From positions 1 to 39,062 of the IMG/VR virus record IMGVR_UViG_3300036768_000895: 39,062 nt of DNA, one strand, 5' to 3'. The stretch's first letter is position 1. Each line of letters starts with the position of its first letter. A program made the translations under genes and the position numbers. The stretch is from a virus (taxonomy: Duplodnaviria > Caudoviricetes). Positions 1-9,492 of the stretch are shown one piece after another. The notes under the pieces are model-generated. The model searched no databases, was not told the origin of the DNA, and saw only the letters and a program-made list of their open reading frames with translations.

Positions 1-127
1 GGGAACCCGGCGCCCGAAGGGCACGCGGGGACGGAGTCGTTCAACTGGAAGGAGTACCGCTGCCAGCGATACGCCTATCCGGTCACGTTGGGCGATTTGA
101 CCGTCGATCAGGCCACGTGGCCGATCC
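1..127. repeat. Terminal direct repeat (circular assembly overlap), copy 1
   Basis: 1-127 is identical to 38936-39062, and the capsid ORF reads in frame through the join. Confidence 0.95.
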
Positions 128-819
128 TGGAAACGCACCGCCGCATCAAGGCGCAGCAAGCCATGACGGCGCGCGTTCAGGCCATTATGAACGTGGCCCT
201 TTCCATTTCGAGCTATCCGACAAATCACGTGATCGACGTAACCACGCTGCCCGGCAACACGGGCAACTGGGCGGCGGCCACGACCGCGAACGGCAACATC
301 AAGCGCTCGATCAATACGGCGGTGGCCCGGATCAAGCAGGACACGTTTTCGGCGGTGCGTCGCCAGGATATGGTGCTTGTCGTGAGTCTGGAGCTTGCGC
401 AGGCGATGGCGGAATCGCAGGAAATCGTGGACTACCTGAAGAGCTCGCCGTATGCCCTGCCGGCCCTCCAGCAGCAGGCCCCGCAGTTCGTCGAGATGGG
501 CTTGCCGCCCGTGCTGTACGGCGTGCGCGTGGTGATCGAGGACACCTACAAGGTCACGTCGCGCAAGGGCGTTACCAGCACCGTGCGCTCGCCCGTGCTC
601 CCGAAGGCCAACGCGCTTTTGGTATCGCGGCCTGGCGGGCTCGAAGGCGTTGCCAACACGCCCAATTTTTCGACGCTGGCCATCTTCGCCCAGGAGGAAA
701 TGACCGTCGAAAATCAGGAGGACCGCATCAACCGGCGCATGCTCACGCGCGTGGTCGATACCATTGGTGCCGCAGTGCTTGCGCCGGCCAGCGGCGTTCT
801 GTTCACTGCGTGCGCCTAG
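1..819 (+). CDS. Major capsid protein, C-terminal part (joins 38714-38935; 346 aa total)
   Basis: Open frame from position 1 continues the ORF starting at ATG 38714. Lies after protease/scaffold and decoration genes and before the head-tail adaptor; size fits an HK97-fold capsid protein. Confidence 0.8.
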   Translation, partial: GNPAPEGHAGTESFNWKEYRCQRYAYPVTLGDLTVDQATWPILETHRRIKAQQAMTARVQAIMNVALSISSYPTNHVIDVTTLPGNTGNWAAATTANGNIKRSINTAVARIKQDTFSAVRRQDMVLVVSLELAQAMAESQEIVDYLKSSPYALPALQQQAPQFVEMGLPPVLYGVRVVIEDTYKVTSRKGVTSTVRSPVLPKANALLVSRPGGLEGVANTPNFSTLAIFAQEEMTVENQEDRINRRMLTRVVDTIGAAVLAPASGVLFTACA

Positions 820-826
820 GTGAGCT

Positions 827-1333
827 ATGCTTTACTGCGACGCGCCGACGCTAACGCGGTTTTTCGACGAGCGGTCGATCCGCGACCTGCTCTCGGACGA
901 CGGCGCACCGTACGACGGCGACCTGGCGCTCCATGCGACGCTTCAGACGCTGCTGCAAGCGGCCAGCGGTCGGCTGGAGGCGGCCTGCTATTTCGGCGGC
1001 TTGTACACTGCGGACGACCTGGCAAACCTGCCGGCCAATTCGCAGGCCCTGGCCGCCGAAATCTGCGCGCGACTGGCGATGGCCGCTCTTTTGTCGCGGC
1101 GGGCCAAGGACGCAGAGCTCGCCACGAAGTTAGAGGAGTCGGCCGAGGAATACCTGGGGCAGCTCCGCGACGGCAAGCGGCTTTTCGATTTGCCGGCGCA
1201 GAAAGCGGCAGGCCACCCTTTCGTCGCGTGGCCGAGTATCCGCTGGCTGACCACGCGCGAGGCCGTCACGGACCGCACGCCGCATTTCTACCCGCGCGCG
1301 GCGGATCGCCTGCCTGCGGATCGAAGGGGGTAA
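827..1333 (+). CDS. Head-tail adaptor, Mu gp36/DUF1320-like
   Basis: Follows the capsid gene; N-terminal YC...L.RF and AASG.LEA...GLY pattern and C-terminal A..YL..LRDGK resemble DUF1320. Confidence 0.6.
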   Translation: MLYCDAPTLTRFFDERSIRDLLSDDGAPYDGDLALHATLQTLLQAASGRLEAACYFGGLYTADDLANLPANSQALAAEICARLAMAALLSRRAKDAELATKLEESAEEYLGQLRDGKRLFDLPAQKAAGHPFVAWPSIRWLTTREAVTDRTPHFYPRAADRLPADRRG

Positions 1334-1336
1334 GCA

Positions 1337-1828
1337 ATGCCAATCGAACCTATCGCCTATGGGCTCGCGACCGTGAAGGTCGGCTTCGGCGCCAGCGGGG
1401 CGTTGCAAACGCTCGGCTATACGCGCAACGGGGTGCAGATCAGCTTGCGGCCGATCCTGATCCCGGTGCCTGGAGACGCGGGCGGCGGCGACGGCGGGAC
1501 GCCCATCGACTATCAGTACCTGGGCGAAGAGGGCACCATCCGCGCCGAGCTCACGTCGGTGGACATGGCAGTCTTGGAAGCCATCAAGGGCATCTGGGCC
1601 AAGACCGCGGGCGAAGTCACGGTCCATATCGGGAAGTTTATTTTCGGCCCTGGGAATTACCTGCGCGTGAACATCGAGACCCCCACGAAAATCCACACGT
1701 TTCCGCGGTGTACGCTGCTCAATGAACCCATCGAGATCACCAAGGGCACGCGATACGCTGTCCATGTGGTCACCTTCCATGCCCACCCGTACACGGGAAG
1801 CTTGTACTCAGTCAGCAACCCGAGCTGA
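1337..1828 (+). CDS. Probable tail tube (major tail) protein
   Basis: 163 aa, beta-rich, LGYTRNGV motif, directly upstream of the frameshifted chaperone pair. Confidence 0.55.
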   Translation: MPIEPIAYGLATVKVGFGASGALQTLGYTRNGVQISLRPILIPVPGDAGGGDGGTPIDYQYLGEEGTIRAELTSVDMAVLEAIKGIWAKTAGEVTVHIGKFIFGPGNYLRVNIETPTKIHTFPRCTLLNEPIEITKGTRYAVHVVTFHAHPYTGSLYSVSNPS

Positions 1829-1834
1829 TGCCCG

Positions 1835-2293
1835 ATGATCGCTGGCCTGATTGCGAAAATCGCGGACTGGTGGCGCCGTATCCGACCGCCGAGCAAAGCG
1901 GAGCGGTACCTGTTCCGCTACTGGGACGGGCGGCGCTTCCGCTGGGCGGACCCGCTGGTCGTGTTCCAGCGCCTCACGCACGACCCCGAGTTCTGCTACG
2001 GCAACGGCCCCGACGATCCGCGTTCGGAAATCGGCCCGGCCCTGGAGTTTCAAGAGCCGCATTTTTCGCGTCTGGTGGGCGCGGTGCATCGTGCGTTCGG
2101 CACGCATCCTTTCGACGGGCGCTACGGGCTCACCCACGCGGAAGCGCTGCACCTGTTCAGCGGCTTTGTGCATTGGGTCGATGCCCTTGTAAAAAAAAAC
2201 AGCCCGTCATCGACCTCATCGCCACGTATGGACTCGCAGTGCTCGACCTGCCAGGAGTCGCCAGACGGGACTACGAGCTCACCATCGCCTTGA
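1835..2293 (+). CDS. Tail assembly chaperone (gpG-like)
   Basis: Between tail tube and tape-measure-position gene; contains A9 slippery run at 2191-2199. Confidence 0.6.
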   Translation: MIAGLIAKIADWWRRIRPPSKAERYLFRYWDGRRFRWADPLVVFQRLTHDPEFCYGNGPDDPRSEIGPALEFQEPHFSRLVGAVHRAFGTHPFDGRYGLTHAEALHLFSGFVHWVDALVKKNSPSSTSSPRMDSQCSTCQESPDGTTSSPSP

Positions 2294-2565
2294 CCCTCTT
2301 GGCGTGGCGTGTTGAACGGCGTAGGGCCTATCGGGTGCTGCTGGGGGCGCGCGGCGCCTTCAGCTCCGACGATGCGTTCTGGAATGTGGCCCTCTATGAC
2401 ACGCCCGAGGAGGCGCAGTTCTGGACGGAACTGACGGCCAGCCGTCGGGCCGCCGCGGCGGCCAAGCCGCCACCGCTGGCCGATGTGGACCTGGCCGACG
2501 CCGAAGCGGCGGCTGCCCAGATGGAGCGCTTCGCGGCCGCGGCAATGCACGCAGCGGGAGGGTAA
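2191..2565 (+). CDS. -1 frameshift extension of tail chaperone (gpGT-like)
   Basis: GTA AAA AAA AAC; the -1 frame is open to 2565 (KKQPVIDLIATY...) and ends just before the next ATG at 2569. Confidence 0.6.
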   Translation, partial: KKKQPVIDLIATYGLAVLDLPGVARRDYELTIALTLLAWRVERRRAYRVLLGARGAFSSDDAFWNVALYDTPEEAQFWTELTASRRAAAAAKPPPLADVDLADAEAAAAQMERFAAAAMHAAGG

Positions 2566-2568
2566 GCG

Positions 2569-3594
2569 ATGCCAGCGCCTGCACTAGCTGCCATCGCCCG
2601 CGTGCTGGCGGGCCTCGCGGTCCGAGCTGGAGCCCCTGCCGCAGGGCGAGCGCTTGCGGCCACGACGGGCGTTGCCGGGACGCGGGCCGCCTCCGCCGCC
2701 ACGGCCGGCGGCGTGCGCCAGGTGCTTGAAGACACGGGCCTGACCAACGTGCGGCAGATTCTGGCGGCCGTGATGCAAGGGCCGCAGGCCGGCGGACGGC
2801 AACAGCAGCCGCAGCCACCCCAGCAGCCGGCGCAGCAGGCCGCGCCAGCGCCCCCACCGCCACAACCGCCGCAGGCGCCGCAGGCGCCGCCACCGCCGCC
2901 ACCGCCTCCCCCGGCCCCGCCACAATCGCCTCCACCGCCACCGCCGCCACCGCCACCGCCTCCGCCGCCCCCGCCTCCGCCTCCGCCACCTCCGCCGCCG
3001 CAGGGGCCACCGCAGGGCCAGGCCCCGGGTATTCCCGACCTGGGCGACATGCTCAAGCAATTGGGCGGTTCGCTGCTATCGAGCGCCCGGGGTTTCGTCA
3101 CGGGCAGTCTGACATCGCCCGTCGGGATGGCAACCGCCGCCCTGACGTTGCCGATTGCCGCGGACCGGCTGGCGAATAAGTTCGAGCAGCTCGCGAGGCG
3201 AGTTGCCGAAGCGAACGATCAGTTTGGGGAGTTTTCGGGGCAGATTGCGGCATCGACCGCCAGGCGTCAGATGGCCGAGCGGATGCAGCGTCGCAGCATT
3301 GCGCTGGCCACGTCCAGCAGCGCCTCGCTGCTCAATCAACAGCTCGCGTCACTCACGCGCGAAGTAACGCCGATCAAAGAAGCGGTCGCGTCCACGATGA
3401 ACTACGTCGCGACGGGGATGACGCTGCTTGCGCGAGCCGCCGTGCTGTTCGTCAAATTGTGGCCGACGTTCATTCTTTGGCATCGGACGATGCAAAAGGC
3501 CGAGGGCCGCGGGAGCGCCAAGCCCGAGGAAACGCCGCTGCATGAGTTCCTGCGTGACGTGCGCGCTGGCCTTTTTCGGAACCGCGAACGATGA
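2569..3594 (+). CDS. Tape-measure-position protein with polyproline tract
   Basis: Directly follows the G/GT pair; Ala-rich helical C-half with a hydrophobic segment; Pro/Gln tract at ~2805-3015. Confidence 0.45.
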   Translation: MPAPALAAIARVLAGLAVRAGAPAAGRALAATTGVAGTRAASAATAGGVRQVLEDTGLTNVRQILAAVMQGPQAGGRQQQPQPPQQPAQQAAPAPPPPQPPQAPQAPPPPPPPPPAPPQSPPPPPPPPPPPPPPPPPPPPPPPPQGPPQGQAPGIPDLGDMLKQLGGSLLSSARGFVTGSLTSPVGMATAALTLPIAADRLANKFEQLARRVAEANDQFGEFSGQIAASTARRQMAERMQRRSIALATSSSASLLNQQLASLTREVTPIKEAVASTMNYVATGMTLLARAAVLFVKLWPTFILWHRTMQKAEGRGSAKPEETPLHEFLRDVRAGLFRNRER

Positions 3595-5345
3595 CCGACG
3601 TGATCTACAACGGCGTGCGCATCAGCAACTGCACCACGCGGCAGTTCCGGCAACTGGTGCGCTACGACGAAAGCGGCACCGACCTATTGGGAACCGAAAT
3701 CCATCTGGTGGTCGAAGGCTATATCCACGGCCAGCACAGTCTGTCGTTTCACGGAATCGGCCGCGGCACCTATCGCAACGTGGCGGACGAGTTCGCGGCC
3801 GTGTCGATGGCCTTGTCGCAACCGCGAAAAGAGCTCCGCGTCTATTGGCAGACCGAAGCGGGCATGGTGCTTGTGCTGCATGCGGTCCCGGGCACCACGG
3901 AAAACACGGCCACCAATACCGACGTGGACCACGGCCCGAAACCGACCGAGCTGGAAGTGGTGCGTGTGACGCCGCGGGCGGTGCTGGTGCGCTGGGGCGT
4001 CAAGACGACGGTGAGTTTCTGCGCCGATAGCCAGCAGGTGCGCGGGCCCGCGAAAATCATCTACAACAAGTGGCACGTGGAAGAAACGCTCAACGCCGAC
4101 TGGTACACCAGCCGCCGCATCACGGGGCGCATCCGATTTTCCGAGGGGCTGACCGCCAAGCATGCGCTGCGTGGGGCCATTACGCCGATTCTGGAGCAGG
4201 GGTTTCGGCGCGAAATGGTGCAATACAGCGTCAGCGAAAACGGCCTGGAGGCCAGCTATATCATTGACGACCGCCAGGTCCATTACTCGGCCCCGCCGCC
4301 CGCAACCGACATGCGCGTGACGCACACGGATTCCAGCAACGACGGCATAACCTGGCTAAGCAATGTGACGATTGAGCTGACCGGTTCGCCCGCGGCCAGC
4401 CGGCAAGCGCTGCTCCAGCGGCTTGTCGAAATCATGGACCAGCGAACGCGCATCCTGTCGGGCACGGACCAGCAGCGGAAAAACCTGAAGATTGAGCATG
4501 TGGCCATCACGGAGGAGTTCGGCGAAACGAACCGCGTCCGGGGCGACATCACGGTGAAATACTTCTACGAAAAGACCTCGGACGTGACCTATACGCTGCG
4601 CGACCGGCAGATTGGCCAGCCGCTGGAGCTGCGCAGCTACAACCGCACGCAAAGCCAGACGCCGCCGCTGTTCGGCGAGCAGCCGCACGGCAGACGGCGC
4701 GATCCGTCAACGCTCTTCCTGCTGGAGTGCTACGTCCAGGACCCCTGTTCGACCGTCAAGACAATCGGCCGCAATCAGCCGTCACGGTCGCAGCTCTACC
4801 AGCCGCAGCAGGACAACCCGTCGCCCTACGTCGAGGAAACGCCCCGCAGTCCGAGTCAGTCACGGCCGCAGCTCAGCTACAATCAATCGCACGAGCAGGC
4901 CATGTACACGCTGGCGACGGTGCGTGTCACCTTCGACGCAGACTTTGGGCGCCCCGTCGTTCCGCTCGGAATCGACCGCGTGAACATCGACGGAAACCCC
5001 GACGCCCTCGTGGCAAAGCTTGTCCCCACGTTGCACGTGCCGGTGTATCGTCGCATGGTCGATTGCGTGCTGGAGCGCGTCGGGGCGCTTCCGGAACTGC
5101 CGCGCCTCGATCAAGCCATCGTCGAGCACGACGGAGCATACTTCATCCGCAATCGCTGGAAAGTGATCGCGGAGCCGCCGCGTCCGGACCCCAGCGGATC
5201 GCAGCTCGTCATGCGGGTCCGCGTCCTGATTTGGGAAACGCTGTTGGGGACCAACTTGCAGCAGCTCTGGATCGGGACCAACCCAATCGTGAACGTCGAG
5301 CCCGCGCGGCTGCCCTTAAGCGGCCGCAACCCGCTCAACTTGTAG
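3591..5345 (+). CDS. Putative tail/virion protein (584 aa)
   Basis: Long ORF with ATGA overlap with the upstream gene, in the tail module; no recognised domain. Confidence 0.5.
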   Translation: MTDVIYNGVRISNCTTRQFRQLVRYDESGTDLLGTEIHLVVEGYIHGQHSLSFHGIGRGTYRNVADEFAAVSMALSQPRKELRVYWQTEAGMVLVLHAVPGTTENTATNTDVDHGPKPTELEVVRVTPRAVLVRWGVKTTVSFCADSQQVRGPAKIIYNKWHVEETLNADWYTSRRITGRIRFSEGLTAKHALRGAITPILEQGFRREMVQYSVSENGLEASYIIDDRQVHYSAPPPATDMRVTHTDSSNDGITWLSNVTIELTGSPAASRQALLQRLVEIMDQRTRILSGTDQQRKNLKIEHVAITEEFGETNRVRGDITVKYFYEKTSDVTYTLRDRQIGQPLELRSYNRTQSQTPPLFGEQPHGRRRDPSTLFLLECYVQDPCSTVKTIGRNQPSRSQLYQPQQDNPSPYVEETPRSPSQSRPQLSYNQSHEQAMYTLATVRVTFDADFGRPVVPLGIDRVNIDGNPDALVAKLVPTLHVPVYRRMVDCVLERVGALPELPRLDQAIVEHDGAYFIRNRWKVIAEPPRPDPSGSQLVMRVRVLIWETLLGTNLQQLWIGTNPIVNVEPARLPLSGRNPLNL

Positions 5346-5354
5346 GAGGCGACG

Positions 5355-7004
5355 ATGGCCCTCATCTATACCCGCCCGCAAGGCGACGGCATTTTCGACG
5401 TGCTAGGCAAACTCATCGGCGCGATCGAGCAGGCGCACGAGTGCTTTCGCACGCACGAGAGCGGAAGCCACCGCACCGCCCTTGACCAGTACAAGACCGA
5501 CGAGGACTACACGGACGACACGGAGCGCGCCATTGCGCCGATGGTGGACGCGCTCTTGGGGCTCGAAACGGCCACGACGGACTACGCCGAGCGCGTGCGC
5601 CGAGTCGCCGCCAATTATCTGATCGCGGCCATCGAGCGCGGCTTGAACCTGACCAGCGGGTCGCTGTCCCTGCCGGATGCCTTGCGCCTGCTCATCCAGG
5701 AAATGCGCAAGGACGGGCAGACGGTCAAACGCGATGCGCCATTTATCACGACGCCGCTGTTGTCGAATATCGGTTACAACGGGCGGTTGTGGGTCGAGGA
5801 AGTCGGGCCAAATAACGCGATGCGCGAGCGCATGATCGGCGAAACGCTCGACGTGACCTGCGTGTCGCAGCAGCCGGTACGGTTCGAGATTCGATCCCGG
5901 CGCCCGCTGCTGCCAGCGATGGCGCCCAATTGGCCGGGCGGCAGCGGAGCGGCCCTGACCCTCAAGGAAACGACGGAAACCGACGGCCGGCTGCTGAACG
6001 CGGGTTTCGAGCTCGTGGACCCGACCGGCGCCCCCACCGACTGGTCGGTGGTCGATGGGTCATGGCATCTGCACTGGGAAGTGACGCACTACGAAGTGCA
6101 GTCCATCGTCAAAAGTACGATGACCACGGGCCAGTATCGGCTGAAGTTCCAGCCGCCCAGCGGCGGGCTGCTCGTGACGCGGTGGCTGGCCTACGACGCC
6201 GACATCGTCGCGGCGGCTGCCGCGCTGCGTGAGTTGCCGGGGCTGGAGCGCGTCGAAGTGACGGAACCCATCGCCGGGGCGTGGTACGTCCATTTCGTCG
6301 GCGTTCCTGGAAACCTGGCCCTGCTCACGGTGGACAATCAGACCGACGGCACGTTCTCGATCAACACGATTTCCGATGGGTCGAGTATTTTCTGGCGCGG
6401 GCGCACGTTGACCGTCTTCGGCAACGGTGCGCAAGACCGGCGCATCATGCAGCGCATCGAGCCCGGCACGCTGGAACCGGGCCGGTTGTATTTCCTGCTG
6501 GCGCGCCTGCGGAAAAGCGCCACCACGACGGGCGGCCTGCTGGTGGCCGGCCTGTACGACGCGCTGGACAAGCCGGCCCTGCCCCAGCACTACGAGGCGG
6601 GCCAGTACGTCTGGCCCCTGAACGAAAACGGTGCACCGATTGACAACGACCTGCTGGTCCCGACGGACGGCTTCGCGGGCGTCAAGCTGGCGACATTTCG
6701 CGTGCGCGAAACGGACGCCAAACGTCCCATGTACTTCGTGCTAAACGTCAAGGACCTGGCAAACGGCGTGACGCTTTTCATTGACGACGTGCTGCTGGTG
6801 GAGGGCGTGGAACTCTATCCGGACGGCCCGCTGGTCGTGCTGCAAAGTGGAAGCAATTTTCCGGACCTGGGCGCGAGTTTGCCGCTGACCGTCGCCGTGG
6901 ACCAAACGCAGGGCAAGTGGCAGAAGTGGTTCGGGCGGCTGTTCGGCGGCCCGCAGCTTCCCTCGCATTCCAGCCCGACGATTCCCGATTCCTTGATCCC
7001 GTAA
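5355..7004 (+). CDS. Putative tail/virion protein (549 aa)
   Basis: AGGAGG RBS; LLNAGFE...W and FIDDV.L motifs suggest a carbohydrate-binding-like beta sandwich. Confidence 0.5.
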   Translation: MALIYTRPQGDGIFDVLGKLIGAIEQAHECFRTHESGSHRTALDQYKTDEDYTDDTERAIAPMVDALLGLETATTDYAERVRRVAANYLIAAIERGLNLTSGSLSLPDALRLLIQEMRKDGQTVKRDAPFITTPLLSNIGYNGRLWVEEVGPNNAMRERMIGETLDVTCVSQQPVRFEIRSRRPLLPAMAPNWPGGSGAALTLKETTETDGRLLNAGFELVDPTGAPTDWSVVDGSWHLHWEVTHYEVQSIVKSTMTTGQYRLKFQPPSGGLLVTRWLAYDADIVAAAAALRELPGLERVEVTEPIAGAWYVHFVGVPGNLALLTVDNQTDGTFSINTISDGSSIFWRGRTLTVFGNGAQDRRIMQRIEPGTLEPGRLYFLLARLRKSATTTGGLLVAGLYDALDKPALPQHYEAGQYVWPLNENGAPIDNDLLVPTDGFAGVKLATFRVRETDAKRPMYFVLNVKDLANGVTLFIDDVLLVEGVELYPDGPLVVLQSGSNFPDLGASLPLTVAVDQTQGKWQKWFGRLFGGPQLPSHSSPTIPDSLIP

Positions 7005-7007
7005 TCC

Positions 7008-7487
7008 ATGCCGACCGAATCCGAAATCCTGCAAGGCGTGCTGCGACACTACCGCGAGCGCTCCGGCCTTCCGGCCGATGCGGTCCACCTGGCCATCGAG
7101 CCGTTGGCCCCGCCCATGATTCCCAAGGGCGGCGGCTACTGGCTGACGGTCGCGCCCGGCGCGTCGCATTTTCCGCACGACGAAGTTCACGACCCGGTCA
7201 CGATCCGCCAAATCCTGGACCTGCACGTGACCGGCTACGTGCGGATGCGCTTGGATCGCCCCGACCGCGAAACGTCCCTTATCCTTGACCCGGACCGCGG
7301 CGTGGGAAAGGTCAAGCGCCTGATCCTGACGCTGTGCCAGGTTGCGATTTACGACGAGTCTGATCTGCCGATCAACGTCAACATTTCGCCCATCGGGGCC
7401 AGTGCTCCGACCTATGACCCCGAGCAGGGGATCGGCTGGCTGTCCGTCCAATTCGCCGCGGAGTTCGACTGGTGCCTGCCTTCGTAG
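7008..7487 (+). CDS. Hypothetical virion protein (possible tail terminator/completion)
   Basis: 159 aa, tightly packed in the tail operon. Confidence 0.4.
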   Translation: MPTESEILQGVLRHYRERSGLPADAVHLAIEPLAPPMIPKGGGYWLTVAPGASHFPHDEVHDPVTIRQILDLHVTGYVRMRLDRPDRETSLILDPDRGVGKVKRLILTLCQVAIYDESDLPINVNISPIGASAPTYDPEQGIGWLSVQFAAEFDWCLPS

Positions 7488-9490
7488 CGTGGAACGGCCA
7501 GGCGCTGCCCATGATCGGGGCGTCGCCTGAGCTCCACCAGTGGCTAGCGCTGCTGGATTTTCCGGCGGCCGTGTGGCCGACGCGGCCGCGAACCGCGCCC
7601 TTTCCGGGCGCTGTGCACAGTGACCCGCAGTACCCGCAAAACCCGTATCCGCTACCGACCCACCCGCCCGAAGTGCGCCTCAACTCGCTGTGGTGGCCTT
7701 CGGGCCTGGGCCGCTGGTCCGTCGGATACTTTGCGATCCCGCCGCAGGACGACCAGGAGCAGTCGCAATCGCCGATCAAGCAAGCCGAGGCCAGCCGCGA
7801 AATCGGCGTGCTGACGATGGGCGACGGCATCCAAGCGGTGCAGTTTTCGCCGATGGTGATCGTGCGCCGGATCGGATTGACCGGGAGCGCGACGCGGGAC
7901 GGAGGATTCCAGCACGGCCCGCTGCAAATCGCCTGCGTCACAGACGTGCGGTATTTCTGGAATCAGCTTCCGATTCCGACGCACCGCCTGGCCTATGGCA
8001 TGAACTGGGAAGAGTTTTTCACGGCCCTGCTCATGCCGCTGCTGCGCGACGCAGACTTTGCGAAAGACTGGGCGCAGTATTTCGTCGGCAAGTCCAAGTC
8101 CGCGCATCGCGCGAAAATCCGACCCGACATCACCTATTACAAGACCGCGACGCTGAGCATCGGCCAAGCGCTCGACCTGGCCGCGGCGACCATCGGCGTG
8201 TCGCTGCTATTGATGCCAGAGGCCGTGATCGACAAGGAACCGCAGGACGCCTTCAAGGGCGAAAAAATCGAGTATTCCATCGTGGCGACCGATTACGATG
8301 ACACGCAGCGCCTGGAAAATCAGCCGCTGCTGTGGAGCGCGGGCATTGGGTTCAGCCGCGAGGGGGGACAGTACCCGGACGAACAGATTCCGGTCCGCGT
8401 GCTGTTTCCGTACTCACACGGCGGCGCGCTGCATGGTGACGGTCGATACTGGGCAAGCGACTGGCAGAACCTTCCGCAGGATGAGCAGGAGCCCACCGAG
8501 GACGAAGACGACCAAGAGGACCAGCAAAGCCAGAGCGGGAACCCACAAGAGGAGGAGCTGAAACAGCCGCCCATCGAAGAGTCGGACGACCCGCTGTTTC
8601 CCGTCGCCGTGTGGTGTACCTACCCGGCCCTGCGCGAGCGCCCGCTGCCGCAGCTCGGCGTGCGCGACCCCGACAACCGAGAAGACCTGCTCCAGGTGGT
8701 CGAGCATGTGCAGGAAATCTACAAGCACCGCGCCCGGCAGTGCGCATGGGGTGCGCTTGTGTACTCGGGCGTGCCCTTCAATCACGGCATCGACTGGCAA
8801 CGATTCCCGCAGCAGCGCGGATTTTTCCCGAACGACCTGGACCACACGGGATCGGAGGAGTCGTTCTGGATGCTGCTGGGCGTCCCTGGCCCGACGGTGG
8901 CGCATGGCACGGCCGGGGGCCTGCGGTGCCAGACGTTGGTCCGCGCGCTGCCCGCGCCCTACGTGCCGACCGTCTGGCCGATCATCCCCGCGGACAATCA
9001 GGAGCAGTCGCAGAATCCCGACAATCAATCGCAGAGCGGGCCGGGAAATCCTGATGAGCAGTCTTCGACGCGCCCGGTGCATCGCGTGCGCCCCTCGGAA
9101 ATCGTCGCCGCCCAGCTCGTCGAAGGATGGAAGTTCGAGCGCTCGAAGAAGCGCACGGCCTACGCAATGGCGCGCCTTGTGTACGACGAAAAGGGCGACG
9201 GCAAATACGTCCCGATGGGCAAGGACAAGGTGCGCGTGTACGACCCGATGGGGCTGAGGCACGGCACCAAACCCAATGACATCGTGTGGGTCGCGGTACT
9301 GCCGCCCGATACCAGCCGGCTTGTGCTGGTCAGCCGCCACGCGGACACGCTGGTCGTTCGGACGACAAACCCGATCCCCAACGACGATGGATACTACGAG
9401 GGGATCATCCAATTCTGGAACGCGCGCAAGAAGCGCTGGGAAGATGGTCCGAGCTGCTACGTGCTCGACGCCAACGATCCAAGAAGGTGA
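7472..9490 (+). CDS. Putative tail tip/hub protein (672 aa)
   Basis: Long ORF in the tail module with acidic Gln/Ser insertions. Confidence 0.45.
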   Translation: MPAFVAWNGQALPMIGASPELHQWLALLDFPAAVWPTRPRTAPFPGAVHSDPQYPQNPYPLPTHPPEVRLNSLWWPSGLGRWSVGYFAIPPQDDQEQSQSPIKQAEASREIGVLTMGDGIQAVQFSPMVIVRRIGLTGSATRDGGFQHGPLQIACVTDVRYFWNQLPIPTHRLAYGMNWEEFFTALLMPLLRDADFAKDWAQYFVGKSKSAHRAKIRPDITYYKTATLSIGQALDLAAATIGVSLLLMPEAVIDKEPQDAFKGEKIEYSIVATDYDDTQRLENQPLLWSAGIGFSREGGQYPDEQIPVRVLFPYSHGGALHGDGRYWASDWQNLPQDEQEPTEDEDDQEDQQSQSGNPQEEELKQPPIEESDDPLFPVAVWCTYPALRERPLPQLGVRDPDNREDLLQVVEHVQEIYKHRARQCAWGALVYSGVPFNHGIDWQRFPQQRGFFPNDLDHTGSEESFWMLLGVPGPTVAHGTAGGLRCQTLVRALPAPYVPTVWPIIPADNQEQSQNPDNQSQSGPGNPDEQSSTRPVHRVRPSEIVAAQLVEGWKFERSKKRTAYAMARLVYDEKGDGKYVPMGKDKVRVYDPMGLRHGTKPNDIVWVAVLPPDTSRLVLVSRHADTLVVRTTNPIPNDDGYYEGIIQFWNARKKRWEDGPSCYVLDANDPRR

Positions 9491-9492
9491 GC

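Noticed and set aside
2360-3101. Minus-strand Gly/Ala-rich ORFs and other long antisense ORFs
   Set aside because: Shadows of high-GC + strand genes, e.g. poly-Gly opposite poly-Pro
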